A stretch of 64,000 nucleotides of DNA from Octopus vulgaris (taxonomy: Eukaryota): contig OX597814.1 in assembly GCA_951406725.2 (NCBI GenBank), positions 118,234,001 to 118,298,000 of the forward strand, read 5' to 3'. Below are positions 13,231-26,412 of the stretch, piece by piece (within the stretch, counting starts at the first letter, position 1; each line of letters opens with the position of its first letter). A program made the position numbers and the translations under genes. Under the pieces are notes generated by a model that saw only the letters and a program-made list of their open reading frames with translations, was not told where the DNA came from and made no database searches.

Positions 13231-13537
13231 AGCCAGAACGGAACAGATATTTTCACGAGGCATTTCCGTCCCTGCCTCGGCAATATCTGACCTAAAATTT
13301 TCAAATCATCGCACTCGCGCCAAATTTATCGGCAGCAAATAATGCCACCCTATATTTTTTGCCACCCTATATTGATTAATTATGAATTTTCTGGTTGATT
13401 CCGTAATGGAATCGGCGGCTTATATTTATTTGCTACCGATAAATTTGGCGCGAGTGCGATGATTTGAAAATTTTAGGTCAGATATTGCCGAGGCAGGGAC
13501 GGAAATGCCTCGTGAAAATATCTGTTCCGTTCTGGCT

Positions 13538-13644
13538 ATTTCTTACTGAGGAATCTAAGGGCCTATGGAAGATTGGCTTGATTTAATTTAATCAGGTTAG
13601 TTTACCATTAAACAGTAGTTGAAACGGTGCATCGTATAAGAAAT
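13538..13644 (+). ncRNA. Type I hammerhead ribozyme (array copy 3)
   Basis: Same motif; stem II 3' arm is TAGTT (one mismatch). Confidence 0.8.
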
Positions 13645-14027
13645 TACAGGGTAAATGTTTTTTTAATTTTCTCCTGGTTTACGGAATTAATGTTATTTTG
13701 CGGTTAAAGCTTTGGCTGTTATTTCTAGTGGGTGAATGGCCTATTATGGCTGTTCCTTGATTGTGATGTTGAACCTATAAATGGTCTATGACTATTTAAT
13801 TTTTTCCCACTAGGCCGCTGGTGGCAAAAAAATTCTACAAAATCTTTTTTGGCACCCTATATTGATTAATTATGAATTTTCTGCTTGATTCCGTAATGGA
13901 ATCGGCGGCTTATATTTATTTGCTGCCGATAAATTTGGCGCGAGTGCGATGATTTGAAAATTTTAGGTCAGATATTGCCGAGGCAGGGACGGAAATGCCT
14001 CGTGAAAATATCTGTTCCGTTCTGGCT

Positions 14028-14134
14028 ATTTCTTACTGAGGAATCTAAGGGCCTATGGAAGATTGGCTTGATTTAATTTAATCAGGTTAGTTTACCATTA
14101 AACAGTAGATGAAACGGTGCATCGTATAAGAAAT
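14028..14134 (+). ncRNA. Type I hammerhead ribozyme (array copy 4, intact)
   Basis: 8-bp stem I, CTGAGGA core, 5-bp stem II with 58-nt loop, GAAA, near-palindromic stem III, GUA triplet (predicted cut after 14126). Confidence 0.85.
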
Positions 14135-14355
14135 TACAGGGTAAATGTTTTTTAATTTTCTCCTGGTTTACGGAATTAATGTTATTTTGCGGTTAAAGCT
14201 TTGGCTGTTATTTCTAGTTGGTGAATGGCCTATTATGGCCGTTCCTTGATTGTGATGTTGAATCTATAAATGGTCTATGACTATTTAATTTTTTCCCACT
14301 AGGCCGCTGGTGGCAAAAAAATTCTACAAAATCTTTTTTGCCACCCTATATTGAT

Positions 14356-14435
<80 letters not shown>

Positions 14436-15504
14436 CATATGCGAGTGCGTGTGAGTGGATGAAATGTTATATGAAAAAGAAAGGGAAAATAAGAGGGAAA
14501 ACACACGAAAACAAGAACGAAGACAGAGGGGTGAGGAAACGCTCAAACAGACATGGCGGTAATAGATTCAGTAACTATGAGTCACAAATGTGTACAGGTC
14601 ATGGAATGAATAAAATCCAAAGTGATTTCTTTACATACTTTCAAATATTGCGTATTAAAATAGCCACATTCATAAAACATTTCTAAATTCAAACGCAAAC
14701 TATTCGTGATATTGGCAAAATTTCAACTCACTCTATATTGATGAATTCATAAACAAATTGATTTTACTCTATACTTCTCTTACTGCTGGAAGTATTCGGG
14801 AAAATTAGGAAGCTATATACTACCTCTTTCCTTGGTTCTCTTTACTCAAGTATATTTCTCCTCTCATTATTTCGCATGAGTTTTACTTCAATAAATTGCA
14901 CATGAATGTTTGCCTAATATTTCTTCTATGTATTTTAGTCCCTTTCGAAAAAAAAAAAACTTTTTTTACATACACCTAACTCTAGGCATTAGCTGCCTCA
15001 CTTATACTCTTTTGGGGGTTGTACGTAAAAGGTTTGCACACAGATGCGTGCTCTCTCCCTTCAAACCCTATATTTCACAGCCTATTCTTTTTAAGGCAAC
15101 CATTTTTTCTTGGTGTCGCGGAGAGGTACATATAATCTATGTTGTGCCTTGATAAGATCGCGAATTGCGACACAGGTTTCTAACAAATCTAGCAGGGTGA
15201 ATATCTGAAGAATTAATCGATTAGTAAATTGTTTAAATTTCAACAAATTGACTAATTTAATAAAGAAGTGGAATAAAACCAGTGTTTATGTTTATTGTAA
15301 AAAAATGTCCCACCCAAAAACATCAAAATGTATTTCAACACCCGAGTTCACATCAAGAATCTTGAAAATCAACCACAAATACAACACATATTTGTGACTC
15401 TATTTGTATAGTGAAAATATACAGGAATATTTCAGCTGTAGCAGATACTACAGTCGAACCAATACGGCGCAGAAACCTAGACGTTATCAAAGAAGCTTGA
15501 GAGG

Positions 15505-15863
15505 CGGTTGGGTGGAACTTACACTCGCCTCCTTATGAGAGCTCAAAATCTCTCGTGGAAGCGTCATCCAACCAAAGTACAAATATATGGGAAATTACCA
15601 CCTGTATCATCTCTTGTGAAAGGCGGAAGAGTCCAGTTTGCTGGACATTGTTGTAGAGCTGAAAACGAGGTAATTTCTACTCTTCTCCTCTGGAAGCCAT
15701 CTGCTCGCAATACCAGAGGGCGCACACTCTCCTACCCAGATGTAATCTCTAGGGATACAAGCATGCAACAACAGGAGCTCCGTAATGCTGTGATGGACCG
15801 TGAAGTCTGGTGTAACATAGTAAAAACCATTGTCTCGAACACGGTCGAACAATGATGATGATG
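15505..15863 (+). mobile_element. RTE-clade LINE 3' end with (ATG)n tail
   Basis: GTYTRLLMRAQNLSWKRHPT..RVQFAGHCCRA..LLLWKP..GR..AVMDREVW; ends in ATGATGATG. Confidence 0.85.
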
Positions 15864-17689
15864 ATACCACAAAAATATATGTAGAAAAGAAGATCGCCTG
15901 CCAGGAATGTCAAATATCGATGCAGCCGATTCATCGGTAAAAAATTGACGATTATAACTCATTGTATATTGTCATGTTTTGAAGGTCACTTTCACGTATA
16001 ATTAATAAATTGTGAAAAGAATAAAACAAAACTATATGCTTTGCTTTTGTATTGATTTTATCTTCAACTCTGATATATAAAGGCCCACAATATGTTTTAA
16101 TCATAGTCACGTCACAGAATTATTGACAACAATAGCTATATTATTAATTGTCTCTGAATTATGGAGCCCCTCTAACTTACGGAATAAATTATGTGTGTAT
16201 CACACGTAGTTTGATGTTTCCATGTAATATTATTTCAGAGTTAATAATCTTCTTTCTCGATTATTTACTCCTTCACCTGTCACTGAATACAATTTCATTA
16301 ATATCAAAGCAGTAAGAATTAAATTTCAATACACTGTGGCCATATTTCAAAAATTTATCATTTTCAAGGAATGGCAGATCAAAGAGATTATTTAAAACAA
16401 TATAAACTTTAATCAGCATTATAGTAAAATTTATTGCTCTGAGCTGCTATACAATTATTGGGTCTCCTATCATTTGCTCTAAGTACTAAATTTTACTAAT
16501 TTCATTTCTTTACTTTGATCTTATTGTTTTGAGGAAACGAAGTATTTATAGATTTTAATCATTGCTGCCAAACCATTTGTTTGATTATCAGTAAAATAGA
16601 TTGCTTGATTGTGTAGTTAATTGCGTTTGTTATATAATTTCTCTGTTAAACTACATGCAAGTATCTCAGCTGAATTACTCCAAACGATAGAATCTTCTTC
16701 ACACTTTCCGCAGGGAAATTTCCTCTATTTATAAACACGTTATAAACTCCTATACCACCGTTTTAAGTCATTTGTCTTTAATACGTTTTATTCACAAGAG
16801 AGATAAAAATTGAATTTACTGTGGTTATCAGGAAAACATAAATCTAGCCTCTGGTGTATTCTGGATGAAAAAAATGTTTTCTTTCAAGTACATCAAAAGT
16901 TATAAGCAACTTTCAAACAAACCTTCCTGTGAATGAGTGAAAGAAATATTCAGATTTCGCGGTTTAAGTTTGTAAAAATCCTGCTTTCAAGTTTTCTTAT
17001 CATTGAAAGCTATAGCACTGCATTATGATTTTCGTAAAAATACGCATCTACATTCTTCATTTCAATTATTATGGCAACACACAGACACACATCCGCGATA
17101 GGATATACCTATTAAGTACATATCGGGTAATTATTTGATCGAACAGAGAGGAATATAAGAGGAGTGCAACACTTTAATGCCGGACGTTTTGGTTTATATT
17201 TAACATTTCTTTCAGTCTTCTGCAATATAAAGCAGTTTTCGAACAAACACACAGGCCTTTGAATCATAGTGAGACGAGGATTTAATACTTCTCTGTAACT
17301 TTATTTTCCGTCGGTCGGATTGGAAATAAAGCATCAAGTATTTTTTGGCGTTTTCCCTGACAACGATTTTAGGAATACAAAATGAAAAACGAAAATAAGT
17401 TTTAGAATTCCTCCTCCTGCAGATAACAAGCTATTTTCTTCAAATAAAACTTAAACAACTAATAGAAAGGAAAATCGTATTGGACAATAAACTCCTACGT
17501 CGGCTCTATCTGAAACAGATGGCGATCCTTGAAATATTTCGGGTGAAAAGTAAGGATTGTTTAATTTTATTATAATAATAATATAAACAGTCGGAAACTT
17601 GGAGTATTAAAATATGTATATGCTTAATGACAATAACACAAAAAATACTGAACATGAACTGGAGGGTCAACTTGAGTAATGAGCAAGTG

Positions 17690-18400
17690 TCTCCGCTGTA
17701 CCGCATCCGTAATAGAATGGATGAATCCAGTGCCCATATTACAAAGGAATGCCCTAGACTTGCCCCAAACCACTGCAAGTTGTGGCGACGTGACCAAGTA
17801 GTGAAATTTCTACACAGGAAACTGCGCAAAAAGTGAAAGCTAGAGAGAGGCAAGACGCGGTATGAGCACAAGCCGCAGAAAGTGGTATGAGCACAAGACG
17901 TGTTATGAGCACAAGACGTGTTATGAGCACAAGACGTGGTATGAGCACAAGCCGCAGCAATCCTCTGGGATTTCCCAATCCAAACAAAGCAGGTGCTAGA
18001 GTACAACAGACCGGATCTAGTGGTGATAGAGAAAGTGCAACAGATACTATACAGTTGACATTGCATGCCCCTTGACCCACGAATAGTTAGGAAGGAAGGC
18101 GAAAAGATAGATAGATACAAACCACATAAGTACGAAATACACGGCTATGGAAAATGGAGAAGGTGAAGATAGTGCCAATTATTGTTGGGACCTTGGGAAC
18201 GGTATCAAAAGGCATCAAGAGGAATATAAAGGAAAGAGAAATAGAGTGTCCAGTAGAACTGGCACGGCCAGAATAATCAGGAATGTATTAGATGGTCTAA
18301 AAGAACAGATACCGTAGACTGCAGGTAGTAAGCCCGCTATGCATACAAGACTCTAAGAGCTCAAACAGAACGTGCGATGAAGAGAGAAAAAACAAAACTA
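17690..18400 (+). mobile_element. R4/Dong-type RLE non-LTR retrotransposon 3' fragment
   Basis: DESSAHITKECPRLA; ILWDFPIQT..NRPDLVVIEK; EKIDRY; VPIIVGTLG; followed by (AAT)n. Confidence 0.85.
17850..17957. repeat. 18-bp tandem repeat (TATGAGCACAAGACGTGT) inside the R4 fragment
   Basis: About 5 copies visible. Confidence 0.9.
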
Positions 18401-18525
18401 ATAATAATAATAATAATAAGACGAAGAAGAAGAAAAAGAAGAAGAAGAAGAAGAAGAAGAAGAAATATAACAATAACAACAAAAACAACAACAACAATAA
18501 TAATAATATTAATAATAATAATAAT

Positions 18526-18604
<79 letters not shown>
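18398..18604. repeat. (AAT)/(GAA)/(AAC) microsatellite
   Basis: Direct inspection. Confidence 0.95.
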
Positions 18605-18607
<3 letters not shown>

Positions 18608-18795
18608 TCTACTGTTGACTCAAGGCTTGAAATTTTGGAGGAGGTGTATAGTTGACTATATCGACCCCAAATGTTACCGAGAGGATCAGAGGCAAAATCG
18701 ACCTCGTCGGAATTTGAACACGCACCGTAGCAACGGGCGAACTACCGCTAAGTATTTCATCAAGGATGCTAACGATTAAGTCAGCTCACCGTTTT
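18605..18795 (-). mobile_element. Degenerate tRNA-derived SINE (related to 4100-4302)
   Basis: ggcaaaatcgacctcgtcggaatttgaac..accgctaagtatttc matches the 4.2 kb SINE. Confidence 0.7.
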
Positions 18796-18830
<35 letters not shown>

Positions 18831-18838
18831 TATTATTA

Positions 18839-18904
<66 letters not shown>

Positions 18905-18906
<2 letters not shown>

Positions 18907-19383
18907 TAGTTTTATTTTTATAGCGTGCTTTCACTTCACTACCGAGCGCAGCTCTGTGTGCCTTGGGTATGTGCTGTGATTTGTTGTGATGCTCTGATTG
19001 TTATTGCATGGAAAGTATTCTGCGTAGGATGTGTGCAGTGCCTAGTAGTGCAATTTTCTGTATCTTATATGTGTTTGTAAGTCCTGGTGTATTTGTTATG
19101 CATTTGTCTGAATATTTTTTTATCATGCCTAATGCACCTACTATGATAGAAATTGTTTCTGTTTTTAGATTCCACATTCTGGTTACCTCTATTTCCAGGT
19201 CTTTGTATTTTGAAAGTTTCTCTTTTAGAGACACGTTGTCATCTGCCGGTATTGATACATCAATTAGAAAGCATTTTTTCTTCATGATCTCTGACAACTA
19301 TATCTGGTCTGTTGGCCTTAATTTCTCTATCTGTGTGTATCAGCATATCCCAGAGTATGGTTGCTTTTTAGTTTTCTGTGTTT
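18905..19383 (-). mobile_element. R4/Dong-type RLE non-LTR retrotransposon 3' end
   Basis: TILWDM..TDREIKANRPDIVVRD..CFLIDVSIPADDNVSLKEKLSKYKDLEIEVTRMW..IIVGALG..IQKIALLGTAHILRRILS; (TTA)n on both sides. Confidence 0.92.
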
Positions 19384-19394
19384 ATTATTATTAA

Positions 19395-19491
<97 letters not shown>

Positions 19492-19506
19492 GTGATAATA
19501 ATAATG

Positions 19507-19579
<73 letters not shown>

Positions 19580-19590
19580 TAATAACAATA
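19383..19590. repeat. (TTA)n followed by (TAA)n (inverted microsatellite)
   Basis: Orientation switches near 19490. Confidence 0.95.
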
Positions 19591-20052
19591 AATGGGCTAC
19601 AGCAAATATTCTGCTCAATACCACAGATTTGCTTGTCAGTTGTTTGACCTTAACCAGTTGAGCATGTCCCTTAGTGGCTGACGATATGTGCATCTCTGAT
19701 CACGAGCAGAAGTAGTGGGGGAGCATCATAGCCATGTGTTGAGAAGGATTCTTTGGGGTTTGAATAATTCACCTCTGGAAACATGGGTGTTTCGTTCAAC
19801 ATCCTTAAACAAGCCTTATTCAGGGACCTTTTGAGCGGGATGGGTTACTCGATCTGAAGAAAATTCTAACTGGGCTCCACCTGCAAGGTCATGTGCTGTT
19901 TATCCTGATATGAGATCACCATGTCGCGCACATATGGTTGTGATGCATGTGCCTGGTGTACCCTTATCAGACGGGTAGTCATGATGGGTATACTGGGCTT
20001 CGTATATTTTACCCCAGTGTCACTTCGATGGCATGCTCTGCTCGCTCACTCA
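19591..20052 (+). mobile_element. Non-coding interspersed repeat (SINE-like) ending in (AAT)n
   Basis: Homologous copy on the opposite strand at 41250-41803; flanked by TAA-type tracts. Confidence 0.75.
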
Positions 20053-20086
20053 ATAATAATAATAATAATAACAATAATTATAATAA

Positions 20087-21030
20087 TGAGTCATAAAGAA
20101 GAACAAGAAAGAAGTGATAAATTTGGATACGAAGACAAGAAAAATAATGATAGTGCACGAAGACGTCCACCCTAAGAGTGATATTGACAGGTTGTTGTTG
20201 TCCAGAAGAAAGGATGGGAGAGGTTTGATCAGTTGTCAGGTTGTATCGAAAGAAAAAAAAACAAGTTTGGTGGTATGTAAAAAGTACCGAGGAACCGTTG
20301 TTGAAACATGTGAAGAAGTCCTGTATCATTAAAACTGACAACTGTTTAAAGAAAGAAAATCTTAAAGCAGGAGTAAAGAAGACACACGCAAAAATAAAGG
20401 ATCAATATAGAAGAAGAAAAAGTAAGGGTAGTTTGAAAGAGATATGAACCTCGAAACAGATACAGAAGAACAGTGTCTGTCGATAAAGAGGATTCACTTT
20501 AAGATAGAGAGGAAAGCACTTATATGCGAAGCTTAAGAACAAGAGTTAAGGTGAAGTTCAGAATCGACAACGCAGATGACAGCGACAAAGGCAGAATATG
20601 TGGTTAGAGGGATGAAAAGGTATGGCACATCGTTAGCTAGTGCCCGAGATTTGCATAACGCGAATGCAGAAGACGATATTAAAATGTGACAAGAAGGATC
20701 CATTGGGTACTCTGTGGAATTCACGGACTACAAAGAGCAAGCATGTAGTACGAGAAAACCTGAGAAGGTGCCACCAAGAATGAAAATTACATAATCCTGT
20801 GGGGTACAATGATTCAGTGCGATCAATTGTTCAGACATCGGAAACCGAACATTGATATAGTGAATAAAAACGAAAGAACTTGTATGATAATTGACATACC
20901 ATGTCACGGTGACAACAGGATCAATGAGAAAGAAGAAGAAAAACTGGAAAACTACGACGATTTGAAGTGAGAAATACGAACCTTGTGTTCAATGATGAGA
21001 GTACTTGTGATACATGTAATTTCTTCGATA
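20087..21030 (+). mobile_element. Degenerate R4/Dong-type RLE LINE (post-RT, zinc knuckle and RLE)
   Basis: KTRKIM..HPKSDIDRL..RKDGRGLIS; ALICEA*EQELR; VWHIVS*CP; IHWVLC; ILWG..IQCD..RKPNI..CMIIDIPC..EKLENYDDLK. Confidence 0.85.
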
Positions 21031-21879
21031 TGAAGTTGTATGCTTTGTGCATTATCGTTTACTCTGGCCATTTGCTCTAATCTGCAACCGTTCGTAAAAG
21101 TCAGTCGGGATCTTCTCTTCAATGTGAAAAAACGAAAAAGTGAAACCGTTGTTAAGACTTTTACTCAAGAGGATGAGGTCTATATTTAATCTGTTCAGTG
21201 CCTCACACCCCATAATTCCTTTAGCCATTGCCACTTGGTAGAGGAAAATAAACAGTCTATCCCCATTAGATGCGGATGGAATTCAATACAGGCGCATCCG
21301 ATAGGCGGGTCTTTCTTTTACGCCAAGGTAGATACTGTATGAATGCGTGCAGTACGGTTTCCTAGTTCTATGCGCATCATGAACATCCCCATCTAACGAG
21401 ACTGCCGTGTCTGTAGATGCTGTCTTAAAAGCAGCAGTACCAAGCTAACGATTTGTGGAAGTCAACTGTAGTTACTCCCGGCCTCAATACTCATTATGCC
21501 GGGAAGGTAGTTCATATTTGTCAAACTCTATTGTTTCTCCGCGGACTTCATCGACCTTAACAGTGTAGTTAGTGGTATATGGGAGAAATATTTATGGAAG
21601 TAAGTGTAATACGTAAGTAACCAGAAAGGAACTGGGTCAGTGGAGATTTTAATGACAAATGCAGCCAAAATTATAAAATGCGGCGGAACATCATGCTTGT
21701 CAATCAAATCAGGAATACGAAGGTGATATCCTTCAACAAAAAGAAGTGATAATATAAGCGAAATTTTGTGAAATAAACAGCAACAGCAATTCATTACAGG
21801 AAGAAATCTGAATAAAAATCGCAAGAACAATGTTAAGGAAAATGGAAAATTATAGGGCTGCACAAGAATTGTATTACCC

Positions 21880-22800
21880 TGAACGTATATATTCGAAAGC
21901 AAAATTTAGAACATCTGGTTCAAACGTTCTCATGGCTACCAGTTGAAAGAATTTACAATTTTATGTAATAAGCAAATGGTGCTGTTAAATTAGAATATAT
22001 CACCTAGGGATTTACAATGTGCATATGTACAGAAACAACTTACGTGAATTTGAATAGAAACATAGATTTAAATTATCGGTTATTTACTGGTAGACATAAT
22101 TGAAGGAAAAATTACTAGCGCTTATATGAAGAAACATTTAAAGTACAAACATCAAAAGAATAACAGACCAATTACTGATAGATAAGATGGCGGTTTAAAT
22201 GCGTTGCTTGAAGCGAAAACAATTGATGCATTGCATATGTCAATTACTGAAAGGTGTTCGACTAGTTTCAGCAAACCTGGATCAAAAGATGATTGAAACC
22301 ACTCACGATCTAGAAAATGATTAGATATCTGACAACAACTCTAACAGACGTTGAAAAGTGTAGATAATATCAGGAATAGGAATATCTCCCAATGAATAAT
22401 CTTTCAAGATGACAGCCCTTCTATATTGATGCCATTGTCGATTATGCTAAACAGCTGTAGGAGAGTCACTATGTGAAAATGCGGAAGATAGTTCTCATCT
22501 CATTTTTTATGCGTGATTTATTGCAAAAAAAAACCCATGGTTCGTTCACTGGAAGCCATAATAATATTTCTAGTGATACACAAAATGTGTTGGAATTGAT
22601 CTAGCTGATGGCAAGAATATGAAATATTTAAGTGCAAAAGAAGCATAAAAGAATGCTGGAATAGAGGAGAATTATAAAAGGCAAAGTACAAAAATGAAGA
22701 GACTATGCACTCAAAAGTATTATCCTACAACTTAAGATTCTAAATTTACCTTTGAATGCGGGACAAAGTATACATGCAAGGGATTTTCGTTAAGTAAAAA
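21880..22800 (+). mobile_element. Very decayed R4/Dong-type reverse transcriptase fragment
   Basis: HGYQLKEFT; TDQLLIDKM; IFQDDSPS..MPLSIMLN; SHLIF; KYLSAKEA match R4 RT motifs (GYWLK, DQLLID, IFQGDSLS, SHLLFMDD, YKYLG). Confidence 0.65.
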
Positions 22801-23207
22801 TGACTAATAATGTATGGGGAAAGAATTATAGAAGTTACTATTTTCTGTAGAAACCAAACAGAAAATCAAAGCACAACGCAAATAAATAAATAAATAAATA
22901 AAATAAAGTAAAATAAATTATAATAATTATAAAAAGGTATGGTAGTCACTGGTGACTTGGTGTTTGATATGCTTTCGGAAATATAGATATAAATGTGATA
23001 TGAAACTTGAAATTCGTTATTGTGAAATAAGTGAGATTAAATATAAGACGTTAGATTCACTGTTATGTGTCTAAAAGCACCACATCACCCCTCAATTAAA
23101 ACGCTAAGCCCACTAACTGAGAATAAACCAAATCAACACAAAACAAAATTCAGCTTTTATGGTAAAATATGTATTATAAAAATATGTGTGTGTCTGTGTG
23201 CGTGCGT

Positions 23208-23223
23208 TTATATATATATATAT

Positions 23224-23309
<86 letters not shown>

Positions 23310-23310
23310 C
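23208..23310. repeat. (TA)n/(GATA)n microsatellite
   Basis: Direct inspection. Confidence 0.95.
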
Positions 23311-23749
23311 TAAGTATAAGTGTATATATTTATGTGAATGCGTGCGTGTGTCAGTGCGCGCAGGCGTGTCTCTATGTATTTATATACATATATGACGTCA
23401 GATAAGTTTTAAAAGTTTCAAAACGGAAAATTCAAAGGTTTATCGTTTGTGACTTCGGTGAGTCGCCGCAAATTGACCATCTTAGATTAAGTTTCATATA
23501 TTGGTAGGAATATTATTTTAAGACAGGTAAAGAGAACGAAGACTGGCTCCATCATCTTGTTTCAAGATTATCGCAGAAATTTCCCTTTCTTAATAATCCC
23601 AAATAAGTAGTGTGTGACAGATTTGAAAGAGGAAGTTTGGTGAAGTGCTGCCATAGAGCTTCAATGCATATTTACCGAGGCGGGGTTTTATTGGAATCCG
23701 ATTTCTTACACGCACACGCACGTACACGCACATCCATATAATATATATT

Positions 23750-24067
<318 letters not shown>

Positions 24068-24959
24068 TGTTGAGTTGATTTGAATAATAGCGAGGAAGAA
24101 AAATGTTTTTTCCAGAGCTGAATTTTTGCACACAGAAATAGGAAAGAAATGAAAAGTGGTAGCGAAGTTAAATGTAATAATCATTATATTTAAAAATATC
24201 TAAACAAACTATATAAATTATGTATGAAAAATTAATAGAATCCAAGAATTTCGCTTAATCACTCGTCATATTTTAAAATCTATTTTCATATGTTAACGTA
24301 TAAATATTTATCTGAATAATCACGTTCATATTTTTGCTACTATTAATAGACTTTTTCGATTATCTTTACCAAACATTATTAGAACAGATCTGGAATAGAA
24401 ATTCTTATATGCAAGTTCTGATGATATACACAGCCCTTGAGATATTTTAAAATCTGCTTTAAGCGAAGTGATAAAAAATATTGAAATAAATGAAAATCGT
24501 GTCTGTGAATATAAGATCAAAATTGAAATTCCATGAAGAATTTACTGTAATAATATAATTTGTATAGAAATTTAAGAATTTGGTGTTTAAGATGCTGATG
24601 TATGGAGCACTAAATGGTGACTATATCACGCTTAAACTAGCATTTTATTACATGGTGTTTTTAAAATATCGTATGTATATAATTGTAGCTCTACATTCAC
24701 ATGACTGCAAACTAAGTTGAGATCCGTAATCAACATTAAAACAACAGCGAAGATAATTTTAAAATAATTGATTCGTATATAAGCATGATGTTTGCAGATT
24801 TTGCCGGGAGGAGAAGTTCACTGGTGTGTTATTTTGTCATTCCTACTAAGCTGGAGAGCAACGATGTCTTCAGTTACCAGTTACATTTGAATGCAATAGC
24901 AACGAGACACATCAAATACGAAATAGCATACTTCTGAGCTTTAAGAAAAGATATATATA

Positions 24960-24993
24960 TAGTACATACACACACTCGTATACACACAAATAT

Positions 24994-25046
<53 letters not shown>

Positions 25047-25140
25047 TTCCTACCAAATGTTAAAAACACACATCTATTTACACCACAATGGACTCTGGGA
25101 CCAATCAAAAACGGCCCACACACACAAAGACATGTGTATG

Positions 25141-25174
<34 letters not shown>

Positions 25175-26215
25175 CACACACACTCATACCATTTTGACCC
25201 CCATACAGACACACATCTACACACACGTGCGCACACACAGCACCATGACAAATACCAAACATGCACATTCATACACACACAAACACAAACACATGTATAT
25301 GTATATATATGTATATATATGAATATGTATATATATACGCACACACACAAACATAATCAATACCTACACACACAAAACGCATATATACACACACGTCACA
25401 CGGATACACCCAACAGACATGGACATACATACGAACAAACACATACACACTAACGCACGCGCAACACACTAACAAACACTAACCACACACACACATAAAC
25501 GGGCACACATATACACACACCATCCTATCAAATTAAAAAAAAACACATCTATTTACACCACAAGGGACTCTGGGATCAATCAAAAACTGCCCCCCACACA
25601 CCCACAAACACATGTATACACATATATATACACACACATTCACACCATTCTGACCTCCATACAGACACACATATACACACACGTATACACACGCAGCTCC
25701 AAGCCAAATGCCAACCACACACATACATACACACACACACACCACCAAGATAATCACACACACGGTTAAGAAACGGGCACGCATATACACACACCATCCT
25801 ACCAAATGTTTAGAAAACACACATCTATTTACACCAAAATGGACCCTGGGGCCAATCAAAAACAGCCCACACACACCAACACATGTATACATATATATAC
25901 ACACACAGACACACACGCTGACACCATTCTGACCTCCATACAGACACACATATACACACACATATACATAAGCAGCACCATGCCAAATGCCAATCACACA
26001 CATACATACACACACACACACGACACCAAGACAATCACACACACGGTGGACAAACGGGCACACATACACACACACCATCCTACCAGATTTTACAAACACA
26101 CAGACACATCTATTCAAACCACATATGTATACACACACACACACAAAGACAAACACACACACAAAGACAAACACACTCAAACCATCCTGACCTCTAAAGC
26201 CAATACCCCAAATCA
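24960..26215. repeat. CA-rich degenerate tandem repeat, about 4 units
   Basis: Anchor (CCA)TCCTACCAAAT..CACATCTATTTACACCA recurs near 25046, 25520, 25794 and 26075. Confidence 0.8.
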
Positions 26216-26412
26216 TTGATGCTTGAAGGAGAGACAAAAATGAGAAATTCTTTTCAGTTCCGCATTACTCCTCCTTCCCCCAACCCAAACACACCTACAA
26301 TGTCCCTTGAAATAGATAATATTCTTTTACGTTAACATGGTGGACAGGTCAGTTTTAGCTTCCCTATTATTATAATGTAAACCTTTTTGAACTCATAATG
26401 TTCAGTGCGTCT

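Larger units (their letters stand above)
12511..14358. mobile_element. Array of 490-bp HHR-bearing units: ~1.7 units on minus then ~2 units on plus, flanked by (TA)n (retrozyme/PLE pLTR-like)
   Basis: Unit start at 12511 recurs at 13001; reverse-complement units run ~13355-14358 with 490-bp period; copies differ by only a few bases. Confidence 0.9.

Noticed and set aside
17850-17957. CRISPR-like repeat
   Set aside because: Contiguous 18-bp tandem units without unique spacers, inside a eukaryotic LINE; no cas genes
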